Source: Trichodelitschia bisporula (Eukaryota). From it: a stretch of 64,000 nt of DNA. The DNA lies in assembly GCA_010356995.1 (NCBI GenBank), contig ML996693.1, forward strand, positions 558,001 to 622,000, written 5' to 3'. The translations under genes were made by a program, and so were the position numbers. The notes beneath the pieces are model-generated. The model searched no databases. It worked only from the letters and a program-made list of their open reading frames with translations, and was not told the origin of the DNA. Below, in pieces: positions 22,064 through 34,100 of this stretch; positions within the stretch are counted from its first letter, which is position 1; each line of letters starts with the position of its first letter.

Positions 22064-23973
22064 ATGTCCGCCAAGTCCATCTTCGAGGCCGACGGCAAGG
22101 CCATCATCAACTACCACCTGACGCGTGCGCCCGTCATCAAGCCCTCACCACTGCCCTCGCCGGCCTCGCACAACCCGCCGCCGAAGCTTGCCACGTTACA
22201 CTTTGCCGAGGGCGACGATGTGCAGGGCGTGCTGGATGCTACTGAGACCAAGTACCCGTGGCTGCTGAACACGGAGTCGCGCTTCGTTGCGAAGCCTGAT
22301 CAGCTCATCAAGCGTCGCGGCAAGAGCGGGCTCCTCTGCCTGAACAAGCCGTGGTCCGAGGCGCGCAAGTGGATCGAGGAGCGCGCTCGCAAGGAGCAGC
22401 GTGTCGAGACTGTCGACGGCATCCTAAACCACTTCCTCGTCGAGCCGTTCGTGCCGCATCCCGCCAACACCGAGTACTACATCTGTATTCAATCAGTGAG
22501 TGACGAACGAGGCTGAGGGGGAGATAATGATTCAAGTACTAACCGAATTTGCAGGAGCGTGAGGTATGTGATTTTGCGTCAAGCGAGAGTGCCTTCCAAA
22601 TATGCGTTGTCTGGGCAGAGTCGGATAGCGTGCAGTGCTGCTTCCGGCTCGAGAGGGTAGTGCGCGGACGAAGGGAAATTCATAAGGGGAAACAATATCC
22701 ACGCCCGGCAACCCGGCCGCCCTACCCAAACCCCGCGTCACCAATTAATTTTGGTCCGTCCCTGTACCAAAGGACAAGCTTTGCGGGATGCTCCTGTCGT
22801 ACTGCTTCTAATTATTCTGGGGGTGGTTGCTGACCTGCTTGGCAGGGCGATCTGATCTACTTCACTCACGAGGGTGGTGTTGATGTTGGCGATGTCGACG
22901 CCAAGGCTGAGAAGCTCTTGATACCCGTCGACCTCACCCAGTACCCCTCCAATGACGAGATCGCCAAGGGCCTGCTCAGCAAGGTGCCCAAGGGCATCCA
23001 CAACGTGCTCGTCGACTTCATTGCACGACTGTACGGTGTTTATGTTGAGTGCCAGTTCACGTGAGTTGTTGCATTATATCGAATCTACGTCATTGCTAAC
23101 GCAGCTTCCCCACTCAGTTACCTCGAAATTAACCCGCTCGTCGTCATTCCCAACGCGGAGCAGACGTCGGCCGATGTCTACTTCCTCGATCTCGCGGCCA
23201 AGCTCGACCAGACGGCCGAGTTCGAGTGCGGTGTCAAGTGGGCCATTGCACGAAGTGCCACGGCACTCGGCCTGCCGGCGACGGCGCAGGCTACCAATGG
23301 CAAGGTCAACATTGATGCTGGCCCGCCTATGGATTTCCCCGCGCCGTTCGGTCGCGAGATGAGCAAGGAGGAGGCGTACATCGCCGAGATGGACGCCAAG
23401 ACGGGTGCCTCGCTCAAGCTCACAGTGCTCAACTCCCAAGGCCGCATCTGGACGCTTGTCGCCGGTGGTGGTGCTTCGGTGGTGTACGCGGACGCCATTG
23501 CCTCTGCTGGCTTTGCCTCGGAGCTGGCCAACTACGGCGAGTACTCGGGCGCGCCGACGGAGACGCAGACGTTCCACTACGCGCGCACGGTTCTGGACCT
23601 GATGCTGCGGGCGCCGATGCGGCCCGAGGGCAAGGTTCTCTTCATTGGCGGCGGTATTGCCAACTTCACCAACGTGGCGTCAACCTTCAAGGGTGTGATC
23701 CGAGCGCTGCGCGAGGTCGCGCCGCTGCTTAACGAGCATAAGGTGCAGATCTGGGTGCGCCGCGCCGGCCCGAACTACCAGGAGGGTCTGCGGAATATCA
23801 AGGCTGTGGGCCAGGAGTTGGAACTGGACATGCATGTGAGTTTACCTTTGCGGTTGGGTGCGAATGCATATGCTAATGGGTTGCAGGTGTACGGTCCCGA
23901 CATGCACGTCAGCGGTATCGTGCCGCTCGCGCTGCTGGGCAAGACGTCGGAGGTGAAGGAGTTTTCGGGTTAA
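22064..23973 (+). CDS. ACL2: ATP-citrate lyase, small subunit (ATP-grasp and citrate-binding domains); includes a 9-nt microexon
   Basis: [62 protein letters not shown] and [11 protein letters not shown] motifs. Confidence 0.97.
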
Positions 23974-24921
23974 GTCTAGAAGCATTAGGCGAGCGTGTGC
24001 GTTCTCTGGGCTCAGGATGCGGGGCTGCAGAGCTGCAGAACTGTATTCGGTGTAATGTTGTGATGCTGCGGCGGCAAGGTATCATGGGTAAGCCATGGCT
24101 GCGAATTATAGACCAGTGTTGATGCTTCTGGCAAAACGTGGTGACGAGTGAGTCTTGCGATGAGTAATGGTGACTTTTTTTTGGCTTGCCCAGGCCCCTC
24201 ACTTCTGCCCCGCTACGACCCCGCGGGTTCGATTCGTGAGGGGATGCAGAGGTGACACCGGAGCCTTACGATGCTTATTTTAAAGGGTCTCCTGCGGGGT
24301 TGAAGAGCTGCGGGGCGTAAACCCAGAGATGCGAAGATGACTCCGTATTCCTGCCCCTCCGCACTCCGTACACAGCTGTCAACGTAGACCGGGGTGATTG
24401 GTGTGCCGTCAGGGTGGGTAGAGGTTGGGAGCTACCACGTACTCAGGGTAGCTTTGGGGTTTTCCGGGATGGACCCCTTGAATCAACTATGGTACGCAAA
24501 CATCCTCTAAATTAGTGCGTCGTGCTCCGACACCCCCCGAGCGTGTGCTCTCACCCTGAAAGGCGTGGTTGAAGATCATGTGCATGTCTCGTGCTTGCCA
24601 GCCTTGCGCCACGAGGTTTGATGCCTGGAGCATGGGGGGTGGGTGCCTGGGGGACTGGCACGTTATTATATAGGCGCGAACGTGAGCTTCCTTGAGGACT
24701 TGTTGGATGGAGATTGAACCTGGACGGCGCTGCGCTGACCGGAATACGAGAGGTTTGATCTTTCCGTTTGCGTGTGAAAGCGACAGGGACCCCGGCGGCA
24801 GGAGTGATGAGTCGATCTGTTGACCGGCCGTGATTGCCTACGGGATATAGAGACCCTCTTCGCGCAGCGAAATAGACATCCATTTTCTCAACCACCCCAA
24901 CTTCCCGCTCCACCACCCAAC

Positions 24922-25662
24922 ATGGCATCATCATTCCCCGCCCCCGCCCCCACAAAACACCTCCTCTTCCGCCCCCTTCACCCCACCGACGCCCCCCGCC
25001 TCGCAAGCATCGCCAACTGCCCTTCGATCAGCAAATGGATGCTCAACACCTTCCCCTCGCCCTACACGCTCTCCTCCGCCGAAGGTTTCATCGCGCGCTG
25101 CGCCTTGCCAGTCGATGAAACCAAATCCGTAGACTGGGCCATATGTCTCCACTCTCTTCCCCTCCCGGGCTCCGAACCCGACCCCGAGCCCCCGCTCATC
25201 GGCGTCTGCGGCCTCAAACTTGGGTCCGATGTCCACGCCCACCAGGCTATCGTCGGTTATTGGATTTCGCCCGCGTACCAAGGCCGTAAGTTCGGGCGTG
25301 AGATGCTTGCGGGGTTGGTGGAGTGGGCGTGGAGGACTGAGGGGCTGGTGCGGGCGCGCGAGGGCGGCGTGGAAGTGGATGGAGAAGGGAAGCCGGTTAT
25401 GCTGGGGAGACTGGCGGCGGAGGTGTTTGGCGGGAATGATGCTAGTGTGAGGCTGTTAACTAGGGCGTGGTTTAGGATAGAGGGGAAGTTGAGGGGGGCG
25501 GTTTTTAAGGGGGGGGTTGTGAGGGATTTGTGGGTTTTTGGGTTACTGAGGGGGGAGAGGGAGAGGACGGAAAGGGAGAGGAGGGAGAGAGAAGAGAGGG
25601 CGGGGGATGATTATTATGACGCTCCTAACCTAGTTCTAGACATGAAGGGCATACTCGATTGA
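24922..25662 (+). CDS. GNAT N-acetyltransferase, RimJ/RimL-like; intronless
   Basis: LLFRPL...FPSPYTL...LIGVCGL...VGYWISPAYQGRKFG (acetyl-CoA motif A)...NDASVRLL...FRIEGKLR. Confidence 0.9.
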   Translation: MASSFPAPAPTKHLLFRPLHPTDAPRLASIANCPSISKWMLNTFPSPYTLSSAEGFIARCALPVDETKSVDWAICLHSLPLPGSEPDPEPPLIGVCGLKLGSDVHAHQAIVGYWISPAYQGRKFGREMLAGLVEWAWRTEGLVRAREGGVEVDGEGKPVMLGRLAAEVFGGNDASVRLLTRAWFRIEGKLRGAVFKGGVVRDLWVFGLLRGERERTERERREREERAGDDYYDAPNLVLDMKGILD

Positions 25663-25754
25663 AGGCACTGGTCAGTCAAAATATCTGAGGACCTTCGCGG
25701 CAGCGGTCTGGGTCAAACTTGTATGATGGGTGACTGGTAACATAATCTAAGCTC

Positions 25755-25975
25755 GAGTTGCCGGGTATCCCTAATCTCAGTTCGGTTTCACGGGTAACCT
25801 GGGTCGCAGTCGACGGGTAGTGCACCTGGAGTTCGGTTCGACGGGTAATCGGGGTTCTGATTGACGGGTGTTCATGCTCTGGGTTCGGCTTGCCGGGTAA
25901 TCAAGCATTACGGTAGATCAATTTTCATGCTTTACTTGCGGGTAATCAACTTTCATGCTTCACTTTCATGATTCC
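25755..25975. repeat. Degenerate ~51-bp tandem repeat carrying same-strand CGGGT(A) motifs
   Basis: CGGGT at 25762, 25791, 25814, 25842, 25865, 25894 and 25939. GTTCGG recurs with a 51-52 bp period, and TTCATG(C) recurs in the 3' part. Confidence 0.75.
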
Positions 25976-26141
25976 ACTTCTATTCGGCTTTATACTAGGT
26001 CCGTCCTAGAATCCACTTCCCCATCGACTAGCGCCGTAGCACCGACAGCGACACCGCCTACACCCCGCCTATAAAGGACGTACACCCGCCTGGCGCCAAA
26101 CGACCGTCAAGAAGCACCGCTCCCACTCCTCACTCAGCCCC

Positions 26142-27482
26142 CTAGCGGACCACCACACTCCACGGATGCTCCTCGTCCCCATACTGAATCGCCTCGATCC
26201 AATCCTTCATCTGCTGCGCCACAGGCCCCGCCTCACGATCATCGGGCAAACCGCACGTCACCTGCCTGCCCTTCCACCCAATCCGCCGCACAGGGGAAAC
26301 CACCGCCGCTGTTCCCGCACCAAAAATCTCCAACAGCCGGCCATCGTCCGCCGCATCCGCAACCTCCTGCATGCGCACCTTGCGCTCCGACACCGTCCAC
26401 CCCTGGGGCACAAGCCGCTCGCGCGCCAGAGCAAGCACCGAGTCGCGCGTCACACCCTCAAGAATCGTCCCATCCAGCGGCGCAGTCGCCAGCTCCGGCT
26501 TCCCCGTCTTCGGGTCCTTCATCGCGACAAACAGGTTCATGGTTCCCACCTCCGTGATGTACTCCTCCTCGCCAAACAGCCACAGGTTCTGGTGGTACCC
26601 GCGGCTGGCCGCCTCGAGCTGCGGCAGGATGCACGGCGCGTAGTTGGCGCCGAGTTTCTTGTCGCCCACGCCGCCGGGCCAGGCCCGCACGGCGTAGTCG
26701 GTTGCTTCGAGGGAGACGGCTTTGAAGCCCGTGGGGTAGTAAGGTCCCACGGGCGAGGCGATTACGTAGAGCAGGGCTGAGCCCGGCGGGCCAACGCCTA
26801 GCGTGCGCTGTGTGCCGATCATCGTCGGGCGGAGGTAGAGCGAATAACCGCGCTCGCTAGGGGAGGTTAGCCGGGCAATGGCCCAGGGAGGGGCACAAAC
26901 GAGGGGATGAAGCGCTCGTCGATCTTGACCAGTTCGCCGATGAGCTTGGTGAGGGCCTCACTATCGAACGTGGGCAGCGCAATGCGCGCAGACGACTTGT
27001 TCAGCCGCGCCATGTTCTTATCCGGGCGGAAGAGCCTGATCTGCCCCTTGCGATCCTTGTACGCCTTCATGCCCTCGAAGCACTCGAACGCATAATGGAA
27101 GACGCACGTGGCAGGATCCAGGCTGAGGTTCTGATACGGAGTGATGCGCGGCGTGTGCCATCCTTCCGACGCGGTCCACTCAATGGCGAGCATATGGTCT
27201 GGAGACGGTGAGCGGGGGTGTAGAGGGAGAGATACGGTGGGATGTACCCGTGAAGGTGTGCCCGAAGATCAATTCTTTGGGCGGCAGCAGCTCAGACGGT
27301 GTAGAGTTCTTCTGGATCGTGAGTTGCGCTGCGTCCAGCGCCTTGTGCTGCGACGAGGCATGCGAGGCGTGGATGCTGTATGTGCGCCAACATCGGGATG
27401 AGGCCGAAATGGCGGCGGGGCGGAGGGCGGTAGTGCGGAGGGAGGAGAGGAGAGCTCGGGGAGTTCTTTGCAGCATTGCCAT
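26142..27482 (-). CDS. BAT1: Branched-chain amino acid aminotransferase with a probable mitochondrial presequence; 2 introns
   Basis: [45 protein letters not shown] (PLP Lys), [17 protein letters not shown] and FGAGTAA motifs; Arg/Ser/Ala/Leu-rich N-terminus. Confidence 0.96.
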
Positions 27483-27540
27483 GATGGGAGGATGGCAATT
27501 GAGGTGGGCGGAGGAGAGGAGGGCGGAGAGAGTGCGTGTG

Positions 27541-27546
27541 GAGTCA
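27541..27546 (-). promoter_or_regulatory. TGACTC Gcn4/CpcA-type site upstream of BAT1
   Basis: Exact hexamer about 60 bp upstream of an amino-acid biosynthesis gene. It may lie in the 5' UTR or be a chance match. Confidence 0.3.
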
Positions 27547-27909
27547 GTAATGCGGCAGAGTAGTCCGGAGGAGAAGTACCCGTAGAACTAGCGCGCTTTC
27601 TACCCCAAAATCCCTCGAGGCTGTGGGCCTTGGCGGGGAAAGCCAGAGTGGCGCGAACTCCACCTGTGACATTACTTCGACCCTACACGCAATACGCTGT
27701 CCCGTCCTAACCTCCATCGTCGTCGCTTTTCCGCACGCCCTTCTCTCCCACCCCTTTACCTGTGTCTTCACACTACCCGCCCTCAATCTCCCCGACACGG
27801 CCATGTATCTCCCTTGAACGCAGACAACACGTCATGCAAAACACCCCACATCGCACCACTCAGCTAGCTAGCCACGCACCCAGCTATCGCTCATCTCCTC
27901 GCACCCAAC

Positions 27910-30889
27910 ATGTTCGCCTCCGCCCTCAAGTCGTTCAGCTCCAATATCACCTCGAACTACAAAATCGCCGACCACCCCACCTGCATCGCCGGGCCGTGGA
28001 AGATCTACGATGCAAAGCACAAGTCGAGCGCGAAGGCTGCGTCCGTCTTCGTCTTTGAGAAAAAGTGTCTGGAGCCACAAAGCGGAGGTCTGGGCGGCCG
28101 GTCGGGTGCTGCGTCGGTCAAGCGTGCGCAGGAGGAGGTTGTCGAGCGGCTAAAGCGCGAAGCCAGCTCCCTAGCTCGTTTGCGCCATCCCAGCATCCTG
28201 GAGCTGGTCGAGCCGGTGGAAGAGACACGGAGTGGAGGGTTGATGTTCGCGACGGAGCTTGTGACAGCGTCACTATCTGGCCTTCTGCAGGAGAAGGACG
28301 AACAGGAGTCGAGTGGTGGTGCGGGTAGCCGGCGGAGTCGCTACGTCATTAACGATCCCGACGGAGGAAAGAGGCGGAGAGACGTCGAGCTCGACGAGCT
28401 AGAGATACAGAAGGGGTTGCTGCAAGTTGCGAAGGGATTGGAGTTTCTCCATGAGAGTGCAGGACTCGTTCACGCCAATCTCACGCCAGATGCCATATTC
28501 GTGAATGCTAAGGTACGGCGCACCCTCCGCTTCTCCTTACATATGCTCATTGTCTGTAGTCCGACTGGAAGATATCTGGCCTCGGGTTCTCCGGGAAGAG
28601 TGAAACTTCGACGGCGGCTACGTCCGCACCGCCAATTCCTCTGTCTGAAATCCTCAATTATGACGCTCGTCTCCCACGTTTCGTCCAGCTCAACATCGAC
28701 TACACCTCCCCTGACTTTGTTCTGGACAACAACTCATCTGCGGCAGCTGACATGTTCTCGCTCGGAGTCCTCATCATTGCGTTATACAATTCGCCACACA
28801 AGAGCCCACTGGAAACGAACATGAGTCTCTCATCGTTCAAGCGGATCTTTTCGTCGCAAGCATCCGTCCCTAGTCAGACGAACAATTTCCTCTCCTCTGT
28901 CGCCCTTCCCAAACCCGTCTCATCTCTCCTGTCCCGACTGATTACTCGGAGACCCGCTCAGCGTATGAACGCTAGGGAATTCCAGCAAGCGGAGTACTTT
29001 GACAATATTCTCGTGTCCACCATCCGTTTCCTCGAGTCCTTGCCAGCTAAGACGCCAAATGAGAAGTCGCAGTTTCTCCGCGGGTTGCCGCGTATCATCA
29101 ACCAGTTCCCGAAGAGCGTTCTGGAAAGGAAAGTGCTTCCGGCCTTGCTTGATGAAATGAAGGACCGAGAACTCATTGCTCTCATTCTGCAAAATGTGTT
29201 CAAAATAATCAAGTTTATGCCTTCTGGTAGGCGAGTGTTTCCAGAGAAAGTCATACCTCGCCTCCGGGAGGTGTTGCTGGCCCCTAACACTGGAAAAGAG
29301 CCACAGCGAGAGAGAGACTCGGCTAAGGAGGCCGGTCTCATGGTCGTTCTCGAGAACATGAAGCTGATTTCGGAGAACTGTACTGGGAAAGAGTTTAAAG
29401 ACGGTTCGTCATTTGAAATGCAGCCCCAATACTTGTCTAATCAGCAACAGATATCTTGCCCATCATCATAACCGCATTGGAATCACCCACACACTCACTT
29501 GTCGATGCTGGTCTTGGAACGCTGCCTGCCATCCTTGCTGCGTTGGATTTCTCGACCATCAAAAATGACGTATTCCCGATCATTGCCGCAGTCTTCAGTA
29601 AGACGAGTAGTTTAGGGATCAAGATCAGAGGTCTGGAAGCTCTCCATACACTTTGCGGCGGAACTCCGCAGTCTACGGCGGAAAGCGATGGCTTGGATGG
29701 ACTTGACCAACAGAAGGCGGCCAACACGAAGCAGAACAGCGTCATCCTCGACAAATACACCATCCAGGAGAAGGTGGTTCCGCTCCTCAAGGCCATCAAA
29801 ACAAAGGAGCCGGCTGTCATGGTAAGCTTACAAGCCGCTCTTCCGCTACCACTCTGCTAACGCCAGTAGATGGCCGCCCTAGAAGTCTTCCGCGAAGTCG
29901 GCAAAATCGCCGACACCGACTTCCTCGCAGTGGAAGCTCTTCCCATCCTCTGGGCCTTCAGCCTGGGACCCCTCCTCAACCTCCAGCAATTCCAATCCTT
30001 CATCTCCCTCATCCGCACCCTCTCCTCCCGCATCGAACAAGAGCAAACCCGTAAGCTGCAAGAACTCTCCTCCAACCACCCCACCGCCACAAACCGCAAC
30101 GAGTTCCTCTCCGCCCTCGACACGGGCTCTCGCACCAACGGGTTCGACAGTCCCACGGGAGGCGACGACGATTTCGAAAGCCTCGTGCTCGGCAAGAAGC
30201 ACGCTGAGGGAACCGCATCGCCGGCGCTCGACCCCTGGGCCGCAACTCAACCCGCCACAGCGCGGTCCTCAGCCCTACGACCTCAGTCGGGTCGCTCCTC
30301 CCCCGCCCCTGCCGCATTTTCCTGGTCTACCCCGCCACTCCCACAGCAGCAGCTGTCCTCCCGATCCGCTCCCTTCCAACAGCCCTCAATGGCCCCCCTC
30401 CAGCCCTTCCAACCCCTGCAACCCTCCCGTCCGACCCTCTCCTCCCAATCCTCAACAACCCACTCCTCGACTTCAATAGGCTGGTCCACTTCCACCGCCG
30501 CGACCAGTAACCCCTGGGCTGACCCCTCCCCCGTCATTCCTTCCTCCGCGAGCTCTCTCTGGACTATCCCCGCGCCGCAGCGCCCGTCGTCGAATCCCTC
30601 ATTTGCACCGCCGCCCCAGCCCGCTCATCGGCAGACTTCGGGGTTATCGGCTTTCTCTATTGCGCCGCCGCCTGCGTCACCGTATTCGGGCTTCGGGATC
30701 GTGCCGCCCGGGAATAAGCCGGCTGGTATGTCCGGCGGCATGGGAGGTGGTATGGCCGGCGGTATGGCTGGTGGTATGGCTGGTGCTGCCACAGGTGGGA
30801 TGGGGTATCAGCGGCAGCAGCCGTTGCAGCCGTTGCAGCCGACGAGTGGTCAGAAGCAGGGGTTAGATAAGTACGAGAGTCTGCTTTGA
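27910..30889 (+). CDS. SCY1: Scy1-family pseudokinase with HEAT repeats; 3 introns
   Basis: [58 protein letters not shown] (degenerate HRD/DFG), ADMFSLG and C-terminal LDKYESLL. Confidence 0.93.
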
Positions 30890-31130
30890 GGAGTGAGCTT
30901 GAAAGAGGCGATTTCGCGTATTTGTGGGTAACTTGGAAAACTGCAACGTCGATTGTCATGTATTGGGCGTCTGATATATCCCTAGGGTGATGGGTCAGGA
31001 ATGGGATCTCGGGTTTCTCCGTTCACTTCACGATTTGTTTTGCTAAAATGGCCATTACGCACGATACCAGCATCCCGAACTGAATAATTCATATCCCATA
31101 CAAGTTTTGACACGAGTATCCCCCCTAGTT

Positions 31131-34100
31131 CTAAAGCCCAAATTCATCCCCCACCCTCTCCAAACACCCTGCCAACGCCTCCACAACCTCCTTACACCCC
31201 CCAATCCTAACCGCCTGCCAAAGAAGCGGATACAAGCGCACCAGCCCCTTCCGGCCCTTACTCCTCAGCCCCTCCGCCTCAGGAATCGCTTTCGGCTCAC
31301 ACTCCATCCCGCCTACCTTCTCCAGCACAAACAGCAACTCGCGCCGCTCGCTCTCCGGCTGCGGCATGTACCGCCCGCGCAGCGGCTGATCGGCGATGTA
31401 CACCTTGAGCGGTAATGCAGCGCGCAGAATCAGCCACGGCGCCGCGGCCTGCGCGAGGCGCACCCGCGCGCCTGACCCGTCGTGCACGGAGACTAATTCG
31501 ATGAGCAGGCTGAGGCAGAGGTATGCCATGCGGACGCGGGGCGTGGGCGGAGCGGGCGCCGTGCGGCCCAGGCGGATGGCGTAGAGGTCGGCGAGGGGAG
31601 CGGCCGGGTCGGGGGTGCAGGATTCGTGTATTAGGGAGCTGTGGAAGAGGGCTTGGGTGTAGGCTCTGCGGGTGGCGTCCGGGATGGAGGTAGAGCCGAG
31701 AGCGGGTATTATGAGGGCGTTGAGCTGCTTGAGGGAGGTTAGATCGAAGGTTTCGTCTTCGTGGATGGTGCTAGGGGGGGAGGAGGTGAGGTCGGCGCGG
31801 GAGATTCCGGCGCCGGTTTGGACGATGGTGGTCCAGTAGGCGTGGAGGGCGGGTTGGGGGAGGTTGACGGAGAAGATGCGGGGGGTGGCGGAGGATAGGA
31901 CGGAGAGGAGGGTCGTGGTTGCCTTTTGCCAGAGGGTTGGGGGGCGGCCTTGTAGGGTTATGGCGTACTTGAGCTTGATCGGCAGCTCCAGGCTTTGGAT
32001 GAGGGATAGCAATGCTTCGGTGAAGATTTCGTCGTTCTGGATGTGGTCTGTGACCAGTGATTGGGCTAATTCCATTGCAGACTTGCTGAGAGCGACGAAT
32101 GTCAGTCGCCCGGATTCTCGCTTAGCGTGGATATCTGCAAGGGGGAGTTTGATGAGACAGGCTAGAAGTGAAATCAGGATGGGCGGCGTTCCTGATGGGT
32201 CGGTCCGGATGGTCGAGAGGCACTGTATGACTTTGGACTGCACTGCTGTTAGGGAATCCACATCGCTTGAGTATGCAGAGCCCTCCGATTCCTTAATGCA
32301 GCGTTCAAGATTATCGGCAATCTTGCGAACATCTTCTGTCTCGATTTTGGGCCCCCCGAGCCGATAGATTTCGAGAAAGGAGCCAGCATAGGCCTCGAAC
32401 GCGGCTTGGTTACTTTTGGCTTTGATGTTCGGATCTGCCTCGGGAAAGTTATTAACCCAGTTGTTGAAGATTGCCTGGACAGCCTCCTCCGGGACTGCGT
32501 TGATGTCAGGTATCTTCGAGAGGACCGCGGTAATCATGGTAAAAACGGCGGCATTGAGGGCATGTAGTTTAAGTCTGAGATATGCCGCAAGCGTATCCGT
32601 CAATGATTGCCACAGCTCCAAGAAGTCAGGACACCGGGAAATCGCAGGAAAGTATGAGGCGAAGAGTTGCCCAAAACCTTCGAGGATGATGCAAGACGTA
32701 GAAATCTTGCCGTTCAGAGTCGCAGGCAGATCGTCACTCTGTTCCGCTAGTATCGTTTCGTATGACATGAAATCCATGCGGAGCATTCGAAGTAAGATGA
32801 CGTTCAAGAAGACCTGCCATGTTTTAGGCGATAGGTCATCGCCATGGTCAAAAATCCTCAAGGTCGTGTGTACCGCACCGCATCGGACTTCTTCTCGGGA
32901 GTCGGCGACAACGTCGGTTAACCGGCGTAGCAGCAACATCCAGAGTGCAGGCATAGACTTCTGCTCCGCAGACGCAGTTATGAGTCTCCGCATCAAGTCC
33001 TCGTCGCCAGAACTTGCGTCGGACTCCAGTTCGTTGGCATAGTCCTCCAAGGATTCTGTGGGGTTGCGAGCGTAGAGGAAGTCGGAAAGATTCCAGAAGA
33101 ACGTCATCGTCTAGAATGCAATCAGTTTATTCGTCTATGTGATAATAAGATCGGGTCTTACGGTCAAAGATATGTTTAAATCCTGCTCCTGAGAACAAAA
33201 ACGATAAAGGATGTCGATGAGACTCAACAAGGAGCTATCCGGAACGGATACCAAAAAGTCGGAGCAGATTAGCTGGAGCGAGTTGAAGGCTGAGCGGCCG
33301 AGCTGAACGGAAGATAGTACAGCAGCTCGGTTCGTCTGCCCGTTGGAGTACGCATCCCCTGTTTTACTCTTGGTGATGAATGCGGTGGATATAATGTCGA
33401 AAACGGTGTCCCAGGCGCTGGTCAGGGAGTCCCCGACACGCTCCAGAATAGTCCTCAGTGAGTCCAATGCAATATTGTGGACCTCGACAGACATTCCATC
33501 CCCAAAATTGTCGGCAGGATTTGCTGGAAGGGCAACAAGCCCGTTGCACAGCTTAAGTAGCGCGAGGAGCGATCGCGCCTGCACCTCGTCCTTCGGCTCA
33601 AAGTCCTCGGCAATGGTAGCCGAAATTGTGTCTTGCGTCAATCGGCTAACCAGCTCCGCGCCCAACAGGCGAGCATTTGTGGGGACGTCGTAATGGACCG
33701 CAATGGCCGTCACCCGGTCCATGAAAAGATCCCATCCACTCTCAGCGGTACCGTGGTGGATAAACCGGTCAAGATTCAGGGTGACAAGTTCGCGGATCTT
33801 CGAGAGCGCAAAGGTGAAGTCCTGGTCATTCATTTCTGTCCTGATCGAGATCCCCGAAAAACTTGCAACCCTTCGCTTGTGCCCGATGGGAGGGGATTCT
33901 GGACCAGCGCTAGTCGCAGGCACTTGCTTCCCATCCATGATGCGGCAAAGTGCTTCTAATACACAGACGAATGCTTCATTTGGAAAGTCAACTGTACTCT
34001 CGAAGAGTCGCGAGGCCGCTGCTTGGATAGCCGTGACTTCGGATCCCATGATTTGCTGGAATGATACATCGGTCGATGATTGTGTAGGCGTTTGCAAGCT

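Noticed and set aside
23971..23979. Cryptic peroxisomal targeting by stop read-through in ACL2, also checked for ACL1, BAT1 and MMS2
   Set aside because: No TGA-CTA context and no SKL-like ending in the extensions.
25755..25975. CRISPR-like repeat-spacer array
   Set aside because: Eukaryotic context, degenerate repeats, mutually similar spacers and no cas genes.
24922..27482. ACL1/ACL2 plus GNAT plus BAT1 as a metabolic gene cluster
   Set aside because: No backbone synthase, transporter or cluster regulator; the neighbours are housekeeping genes, so adjacency alone is insufficient.
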